Positions 24,401 to 29,993 of a stretch of 37,775 nt of DNA are shown piece by piece. The stretch covers positions 1 through 37,775 of the forward strand of contig JAJAYR010000225.1 in assembly GCA_026786155.1 (NCBI GenBank), given 5' to 3'. Each line of letters begins with the position of its first letter. The first letter of the stretch is position 1. A program made the position numbers and the translations under genes. The stretch is from Pyrinomonadaceae bacterium. Its GTDB lineage: Bacteria; Acidobacteriota; Blastocatellia; Pyrinomonadales; Pyrinomonadaceae. The notes under the pieces are model-generated. The model was not told where the DNA came from. It did not search any database and was given only the letters and a program-made list of their open reading frames with translations.

Positions 24401-26642
24401 TCTTGCCTTCTATCGGCACGACTTTTCCGCCCTGCAATGCCAATAATTTCGATAAATCGAGATTGGAAAAATTAGCGTTGACCTGCGAACGGCGGCGGTT
24501 ATTTAACGCAATCGTCGCCTCGCCGTTAATCGTGCCGTCCATCACGTCCGCCGTTAAATTCGTCAGCGCGACTTGCTCGTTTTCCGCGACGACCGAAGCC
24601 CGCGCCGCGCCGAGTTTGACGCTGCCCAAAACGCCGCCGCCCAAACTCAAATCCGCGCTGGCGCGATAGCGTCCCGACGGTTCAAGCACGAAAACGGGTT
24701 TGTAAATCACGACTTTTTCGACGTTTCCGCCTTCGGGCAAAACGGATTTAGTCAGCGCGATAGTTCCCGCGTCAATATCGCCCGAACGCGCTTCGATTCT
24801 GCCCTGCCGAATCGTCAGCCGAACGCCGCCGACATTCAGACTTCCCAAAATCGCCGCGTCGGTTTCGATTTTCGCCACGCGCAGATTGTCCGAATAAATT
24901 TCCGTTTCATTTCCGACGATTTGCACGTCAACGCCGTTCGCCGTCAGATTGCCGATTTTCGTGCCGTTCGCTTCCAAACCGTCGGCGTTTGCCTGACCGA
25001 TTTTGACATCGGTGCGATTGCCGTTGTTGGTTACGCCGATATTGTTCGCCCGAAGATTTCTCAATCTGACATCTTCGGTTTCGACGTTTTCGGCGCGAAG
25101 CGTATCAGCTTTCACGTCGGTGCGGTCGCCGCGATTGGTAATTTTTACGTTGCCCGCGTTCACGCCGCGCAACGTCGCGCCTTCGGCATTAACCATACCG
25201 GCGCGAAGGTTCGGCGCGGTAACAATCGTTGTGCCGTCGGCGTTCGATATTTTGACATTCTGGGCTAAAACCGTTTGCAGTTCGACATCTTCGGACGAGA
25301 ATTTTCGCGCTCGAACATTTCCCAAAGTTCCGTCAAGTTGATTGTCTTTATATTCGGCAACTGCGTCGGAGATAAACAGCCCGGCGATTGTTCCCGCCGG
25401 AGTTTTCGCGGCGACGGCTTGCAGTTCGCCGACCCATTTGAAATCCGTTCCCGTGCCGCGCACGTTGCCAATCAATTGCGGAAAATCAATCTGAAAATCT
25501 TCAAACGTCAGCAGTTCGGCGACGGCTTTGCCGTTGATGTCATACATCGAATTTTCGCCGTTGACGGTCGCCGCCACGTTCAAACCTTTGAGGCGAATGT
25601 TCGACGCTTCGAGCGCGTCGGATTTGACTTCGCCGACGATTTTATATTTCGCGCCTTCGCCCACGACCGTGCCGCTGAAATTGCCGAAACCGCGCAGCGG
25701 CGTTCCGAGCGGAAAAATGCTGGCGGTTTGCTGTAAATCAACCGTCGAAGCGATGTTTAAGTTATATTTCAAAGCTGCCCAATCGGATAAAGTTCCGCTT
25801 AAATTCGATTCGCCGAGCGGTGTCGTCAGCTTCAAATCATTGATTTCCGCGCCCAATTTATCAACGATACCGGCGGCGCGAATATCAACCGGCTGAACAA
25901 TGCTTTCGTCGTAAATAAAATTTGAATCGGTCGAATTGAAATTGAATTTGTAGCGTTTTTGTTCGTCGGGAACGTCGTAGTTTTCGGGTTCGAGCATCAG
26001 CGCAATGTTTTTCGCGTCGGCGTTGATTTTGCGCGTTACGTCGCCGAAATGAACGAGTCCGTTTTTCAGCGAAAATTTCAGCGAAGTAAGCGAAGTATAT
26101 GTGAAATTGACGCGCGAACCGGCTTCGTCTTCGATAAATTTCAGGTTAGAAAAATTAGATTTGCCGTTTTCGTCGAATTTCACCCAAACTTCCGCGCCGT
26201 CAATGTCGGTCGTGTCAATCGAAATGTCGCGGCTGAGTTGCCAGGCGTATAAATCCTTAATCGTCAAACCGAGTTTCGCGTCGCGGATAAAAAATAGCTT
26301 TTCGCCCGTAATTTTGTCGTTAAACGTCGCGTTTTTCAATTCCAATTGCAGCGGCGCAACCGTCAAGCGAAAAGTATCAGCCGAAAAATTCACGCCGATT
26401 TCGTCCATTTTCGCCACGAATTGATTTTTGACGTAATTGTCAGCATAGCCGTAACGATAAACGACGACGGTCAAAAGTGCGAGAAAAATCGCCGCGAGCG
26501 CAATCAAACCGAACGAGATTCCGGCGTTACGGCGTGAGAAAATTCGCCGTCGGCGCACAGCGGTTTCAGGTGCGGTTGTTTCCGCCGCGTTTTCTTCCGG
26601 CGTTCGGACTTCTTCAATTTGATTGTCGTTTTCTTCGGACAT
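21483..26642 (-). CDS. tamB: translocation and assembly module protein TamB (AsmA-like, DUF490 C-terminus)
   Basis: 1719 aa. It has an N-terminal signal anchor GISFGLIALAAIFLALLTVVVY and a very long repetitive beta-rich body. The C-terminal ..RLTVGRQINRNLLITYSTNL..LEYRVSNRLSFVAQYEQ.. is typical of TamB. Confidence 0.85.
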   Translation of the reverse strand: MSEENDNQIEEVRTPEENAAETTAPETAVRRRRIFSRRNAGISFGLIALAAIFLALLTVVVYRYGYADNYVKNQFVAKMDEIGVNFSADTFRLTVAPLQLELKNATFNDKITGEKLFFIRDAKLGLTIKDLYAWQLSRDISIDTTDIDGAEVWVKFDENGKSNFSNLKFIEDEAGSRVNFTYTSLTSLKFSLKNGLVHFGDVTRKINADAKNIALMLEPENYDVPDEQKRYKFNFNSTDSNFIYDESIVQPVDIRAAGIVDKLGAEINDLKLTTPLGESNLSGTLSDWAALKYNLNIASTVDLQQTASIFPLGTPLRGFGNFSGTVVGEGAKYKIVGEVKSDALEASNIRLKGLNVAATVNGENSMYDINGKAVAELLTFEDFQIDFPQLIGNVRGTGTDFKWVGELQAVAAKTPAGTIAGLFISDAVAEYKDNQLDGTLGNVRARKFSSEDVELQTVLAQNVKISNADGTTIVTAPNLRAGMVNAEGATLRGVNAGNVKITNRGDRTDVKADTLRAENVETEDVRLRNLRANNIGVTNNGNRTDVKIGQANADGLEANGTKIGNLTANGVDVQIVGNETEIYSDNLRVAKIETDAAILGSLNVGGVRLTIRQGRIEARSGDIDAGTIALTKSVLPEGGNVEKVVIYKPVFVLEPSGRYRASADLSLGGGVLGSVKLGAARASVVAENEQVALTNLTADVMDGTINGEATIALNNRRRSQVNANFSNLDLSKLLALQGGKVVPIEGKTTGNVNVNFAGTNFKTASGTLTADFAANAGTAERGLVPVNGRLGLKATNGLFDVDFANLKTEKSELNATGSFDLNGYNSNLNVALNSTDASEIERIIRVLNISPELEAQLDEYKATFAGNLNFNGNITGNLTNPTVDGRAAVDSISLRGRNLGSLTTNVFVSPNAIELRDGKLQEPNGGGNLAFNVSVPSVGENNISVQATLNNINTGNLLAALPVDVLPEQLKDFQAVTSGTVNVSGIPGNLQGEANVSSGKGTINGEAFDGFDAKATFAGTLVNIEKFEAKFGEGFLRANGTYETNLKNFDFNVEGKNIQFARVRPFISTAAALKDISGTIDLTAKATGNAADSKTYNINFNGIGRNVVAGDNALGEITFVGTTENQQLNASVTVNVGGQAQILAANVNFADENLPFKAETIFNNTDLAPYIAFVRSSDEIPITGRATGRVFLQGNLYAVKADGTRGFTTDNLAGAAEFSQLALQIDQTPLEATEPVSVTFNSREIVVNSAKFAGGGSNIVVNGTAALADGGTNNLAIDGRVNLSILNAISKNTFVAGLANVSVRLTGDNAAPRLNGTAELEGASVATFLGADRLTLDRIRGRVLFNTNQVQIDRLTGFLGGGRVTASGGALLKGLDLQSFRFEVQGTNFTAPVPSDFITTGDAEIEFSGVRRDGILESLIAGTIYTRRTIYNKDIDIADFVSGRRSGSLSESSSGNSSGSYFGVPKLDVRIEGRDALIVRNNIADLTASASLRVTGDVEYPQISGRITANSGTILFRGDRYEIQRATLEFPPNTSIEPLINLQAETEIKGYQIIINLNGELTNTDNLNATVRSNPALPQADVVSLITTGNLANTDTGIPTLAQSGINTAAEILTDELINNPLSRATDKLFGLNRFELDPSIGGQRLNPSARLTVGRQINRNLLITYSTNLSEDQNQVLALEYRVSNRLSFVAQYEQRSLSNVTRRNNNFSFDIRLRKRF

Positions 26643-26811
26643 CGTTTAATCGGGAGAAATTATTTTAGTTTTACGCCGTGTGCGCTAAGTTCGACAGTTT
26701 TTGCGTAATTTCCAACGGTAGTGCCACCGGAATAAAAAAATCGCTCGAATACAATGCAACTTCATCTTCTTCGTCGCGCACCACAACCGCGTCGCCGCTT
26801 ATTTTGACGAG

Positions 26812-27003
26812 CTAAAGTTTGCCCGGAATCAAAAGTTCTTCGTCATCGGTTTCGACGCAAATCGCCCGGGTTTCAACCGGCGGCGTAATTTCCGACGCTT
26901 CGACTTCCAGCGTAAATTCTCGGCTCGGCTTCATCTCGCCGCGCATTATTTTTCCCGCCTCAATCACGCTTTCACTCAACCGCTCAAAATGCTTTTTACT
27001 CAT
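26812..27003 (-). CDS. antitoxin-like small protein, probably truncated by an in-frame TAG
   Basis: 63 aa. The N-terminus MSKKHFERLSESVIEAGKIMRGEMKPSREF resembles the leading segment of COG2944-type antitoxins. The start overlaps the toxin stop by 8 nt. The frame stays open for 46 more codons after TAG 26812-26814 (see findings). Confidence 0.55.
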   Translation of the reverse strand: MSKKHFERLSESVIEAGKIMRGEMKPSREFTLEVEASEITPPVETRAICVETDDEELLIPGKL

Positions 27004-27339
27004 CTTTCAGCCATTCCTCGACCGTATTTTTCAGAAATTTCAGTTCAAACGACGACAAATCCGCTTTTTCATTTTTCGCGTAAATATCGAGCAGAAAAAT
27101 TACGCCGTTTCCGATTGCCAAATAGTATATCACTCTCGCCCCGCCGCGCTTTCCTTTGCCTTTCGCGCCGCCGCGAATTTTGCGAATGCCGCCGCTGTTC
27201 GGGATTACCGCGCCTTCTTCGGGAAATCGAACCAGCCGCCATTGAAACTCGGCGTATTCGTCGTCCGTCAGCAAATCAGCAAATCGGAAAGCCGTTTTGT
27301 AAAATTTTTCGTTTCTCGAAAATTGTATAAATGTTTCAT
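26996..27339 (-). pseudogene. RelE/HigB-2-like type II toxin, frameshifted by an 8-bp tandem duplication
   Basis: ATG 27339 (ATGA overlap with the ribBA stop) opens [21 protein letters not shown], which then hits TGA at 27268-27270. The rest (..TDDEYAEFQ..GGIRKIRGGAKGKGKRGGARVIYY..FLLDIYAKNEKADLS..) lies in another frame. The junction is AGCAAATCAGCAAATC at 27270-27285. Confidence 0.75.
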
Positions 27340-28463
27340 AACGAAATCGTTTCGACGATTTCCAAATCGAATGCTTCGAGCGCGGTAACTTTCGGCGGAC
27401 GATTCGACAGCAGGCGAATTTTCTTGACACCCAAATCATTCAAAATCTGCGCCCCAATGCCGTAATCGCGGAAATTTCCGTAGCCGGTTTCGCGCCGCGC
27501 CGCCGAGAAACTCAAATTTTTCTCCTGCATCACGGCATAAGTTTGTAGCTGATGAATTAAATCGAGATTATGTTCGCGCTGGCGCAAATATAAAATCACA
27601 CCGCGCCCGGCTTGGGAGATTTTTTCGAGCGAAATTTTAATTGCCTGGGACGCTTCGCCGATTTTCGAGCCGAACATTGCGAACGTAACATTCTCCGTTT
27701 GGACGCGAACTAAAACGGGTTCGGTTGCTTCCGAAAAATCGCCCATCGTCAAAACGACGTGCGTTTCGCCGTTCATTATATTTTCATAAACCAGAGCGCG
27801 GAACGTGCCGTAATCGGTCGGCAAATCCGTTTCGACAACACGCCGGACGAGCGTTTCTTTATGAATTCGATAACGAACGAGGTCGGCGACGGAAATAATT
27901 TTCAAATCGTGCTTGTCAGCGAATTTTTCCAAATCCGGCATCCGCGCCATCGTGCCGTCGTCGTTCATAATTTCGCAAATTACTCCGGCGGGAATGAGTC
28001 CGGCGATTCGCGCGATGTCAACGCTGGCTTCGGTTTGCCCGACGCGGACAAGAACGCCGCCGCGCTTGGCACGAAGCGGAAAAATATGTCCGGGACGCGC
28101 CAAATCCGCCGGTTTCGCGTTCGGCGCGACGGCGGTCAAAATTGTTGTCGCGCGGTCGGCGGCGGAAATTCCGGTTGTAACGCCTTCCCGCGCTTCGATG
28201 GAAACGGTGAAAGCCGTGCCGAAACCCGAAGTGTTTTCGGCAGTTTGCGGCGGCAGATTCAGTTCGTCGCAGCGTTCTTCGGTCATCGGCAGACAAATCA
28301 AACCGCGGGCGTGCGTAATCATAAAGTTGATGATTTCCGGCGTAACTTTTTCCGCCGCGCAAACCAAATCACCTTCGTTTTCGCGGTCTTCATCGTCAAC
28401 AATAATTATCATTTTGCCGTTTTTTATCTTTTCGGCGGCTTCTTCAATCGTGGCTAAAGGCAT
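27336..28463 (-). CDS. ribBA: 3,4-dihydroxy-2-butanone-4-phosphate synthase fused to a degenerate GTP cyclohydrolase II-like domain
   Basis: ATG 28463 ([17 protein letters not shown]..) gives 375 aa. The RibB half is intact ([12 protein letters not shown], ..TGISAADR.., ..PGHIFPLRA..). The C-terminal half aligns to RibA but lacks the Zn-ligand cysteines. The 17 upstream codons from TTG 28514 are heptamer repeat. Confidence 0.9.
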   Translation of the reverse strand: MPLATIEEAAEKIKNGKMIIIVDDEDRENEGDLVCAAEKVTPEIINFMITHARGLICLPMTEERCDELNLPPQTAENTSGFGTAFTVSIEAREGVTTGISAADRATTILTAVAPNAKPADLARPGHIFPLRAKRGGVLVRVGQTEASVDIARIAGLIPAGVICEIMNDDGTMARMPDLEKFADKHDLKIISVADLVRYRIHKETLVRRVVETDLPTDYGTFRALVYENIMNGETHVVLTMGDFSEATEPVLVRVQTENVTFAMFGSKIGEASQAIKISLEKISQAGRGVILYLRQREHNLDLIHQLQTYAVMQEKNLSFSAARRETGYGNFRDYGIGAQILNDLGVKKIRLLSNRPPKVTALEAFDLEIVETISL

Positions 28464-28498
28464 TTTCGATTTTGGATTTTCGATTTTGGATTTTCGAT
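28464..28498. repeat. tandem heptamer array (TTTCGAT/TTTGGAT, 5 units) abutting the ribBA start codon
   Basis: The units are tttcgat tttggat tttcgat tttggat tttcgat, equivalent to a 14-nt unit repeated 2.5 times. Confidence 0.6.
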
Positions 28499-28553
28499 TT
28501 ACGCTCGGCGGCAAATCCGTTGCTAAAACGTAAATTTTAGCGAAAACACTTCA

Positions 28554-28581
28554 CATTTACCATTTACCGTTTATCATTTAC
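28554..28581 (+). repeat. tandem heptamer array, CATTTAC family (4 units)
   Basis: The units are catttac catttac cgtttat catttac, followed by TTGACA at 28587-28592. It is near-identical to 3195-3222. Confidence 0.55.
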
Positions 28582-28725
28582 CCGTATTGACAAATTAAGC
28601 TGTCGCATTTTTGGCTTCCCTGGGCGTCCTTTGCCCCTTTCCGTCATAATGATTTTTTCCACCCAAAGGCGCAAAGAACGCCAAGGAAAATCCAACGATA
28701 AATTAACTTGTCAAACACTTTACAG

Positions 28726-29862
28726 ATGTCTTTTGAATTTAAAGTAGCGTGGCGATATTTTCGGGCGCGGCGCAAAAGTCTGGCGCGATTTACCGCCGTC
28801 GTTGCCGTCGTCGGCATCGCGGCGGGCGTGGCGGCGTTGATTCTCGCCAACGCGCTGGCGAAGGGTTTCGCCGATGAGATGCAGAATAAAATTCTGGCGA
28901 ATACGGCGCACGTTTCTGTTTTTGCGACGGACGGCGCGGAGATTTTCGATTGGCAATTGATAAAAGAAACGATTACAACGATTGAAAACGTCGAAGCGGT
29001 CGCGCCGACAACTTACGAAAATTCTTTGATTATTGGCGCAACCGAAACGAGTTACGCGATTCTCAAAGTGCAGAATCAAAACCAGTTGACGGGCAATCAA
29101 ATCGCCGTCGGCGCAAAACTCGCTGAAAAGTTGAACTTAAAAATCGGCGACACGGCAGAAATTGCCGTGATTGAGAATCAAACGCCGTCGCGCGTTCGGG
29201 TGGCGGAAATTTTTCAAACCGGACTTTACGATTACGATTCTACGTGGATTTGCGTCGCGCCCGAAAATTTTGCACGTTTGCACAATCGGCAAACTTTTAC
29301 GCCGACGGTTTTGAGCGTTTCCGTCAAAGATATTTACGCGGCGGACGAAACGGCAAATGAAATTCGGCGTAGTTTGGGCGCGAAATATAAAATCGTTGAT
29401 TGGCAGGAAGCGAATCAGCCGCTTTTTGCCGCTTTGAGTTTGGAAAGAAAAGTCGCGCTGGCAATAATCTCGCTGATAATTTTTATCGCTGCTTTGAATA
29501 TCACGACGACGCTCGCGCTGCTGGTCAACGAACGGAGATTTGACGTTGCGATTTTGCGAACGTGCGGCGCGAAGGCAAAAAGTTTGATTGTAATTTTTCT
29601 GCTCGAAGGTTTGATTTTGGGTTTCGTCGGAATTTTTTTCGGCGTGATTTTCGGTTTGCTCGGCTGTTTTGTGGGAAATTACTTTAAGATTGTCAGCCTT
29701 TCAGCGGAAGTTTATTCGCTCAATCACATCACTTTCGCGCCGACTTTATCGAACGTCGCGCTGATAATGTTTGCCACGTTTTTTTTATGTCTCGCGGCGA
29801 CTGCGTATCCGGCGTTTAAGGCGGGCAAAATAAAACCATTAGAAAACTTGCGGCGGCGTTGA
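28726..29862 (+). CDS. LolC/LolE-family (FtsX/MacB-type) ABC transporter permease
   Basis: ATG 28726 (MSFEFKVAWRYFRARRK..) gives 378 aa. It has TM1, a large periplasmic loop and three C-terminal TM helices. No ATPase partner gene is adjacent. Confidence 0.85.
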   Translation: MSFEFKVAWRYFRARRKSLARFTAVVAVVGIAAGVAALILANALAKGFADEMQNKILANTAHVSVFATDGAEIFDWQLIKETITTIENVEAVAPTTYENSLIIGATETSYAILKVQNQNQLTGNQIAVGAKLAEKLNLKIGDTAEIAVIENQTPSRVRVAEIFQTGLYDYDSTWICVAPENFARLHNRQTFTPTVLSVSVKDIYAADETANEIRRSLGAKYKIVDWQEANQPLFAALSLERKVALAIISLIIFIAALNITTTLALLVNERRFDVAILRTCGAKAKSLIVIFLLEGLILGFVGIFFGVIFGLLGCFVGNYFKIVSLSAEVYSLNHITFAPTLSNVALIMFATFFLCLAATAYPAFKAGKIKPLENLRRR

Positions 29863-29940
29863 TTTGTGGATTTTTCCGGCGTTTGAAACTATATTCAAAT
29901 CAAGTCCTAAAATTACATCTTGAAAAATTTGGCAACTAGG

Positions 29941-29982
29941 TTCAGACTTTAACTATCAATACATTTTGTCCAAAAGTCTGAA
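29941..29982 (+). promoter_or_regulatory. 10-bp perfect inverted repeat in the clpC leader
   Basis: TTCAGACTTT (29941-29950) and AAAGTCTGAA (29973-29982), with a 22-nt spacer, ending 11 nt before ATG 29994. Confidence 0.25.
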
Positions 29983-29993
29983 ACTAAATTTTT

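Noticed and set aside
28616-28687. Imperfect inverted repeat (TCCCTGGGCGTCCTTTGCCCCTTTCC / CCCAAAGGCGCAAAGAACGCCAAGGA) between ribBA and the LolC/E-type permease gene, possibly related to the REP family through a CGCCCTTTG-like word.
   Set aside because: Only about 20 of 26 positions pair and a gap is needed. Similarity to the REP element is limited to a short word. It is recorded but not strong enough to call.
28464-28707. Expected FMN (RFN) riboswitch upstream of ribBA.
   Set aside because: I could not find the conserved RFN sequence blocks by eye on the minus strand. The region is occupied by heptamer arrays and an imperfect inverted repeat. Only an Rfam or Infernal scan can exclude it formally.
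29919-29925. CTTGAAA as a sigma32-type -35 element for clpC.
   Set aside because: No CCCCAT-like -10 lies at the appropriate spacing, and a single heptamer match is not meaningful on its own.
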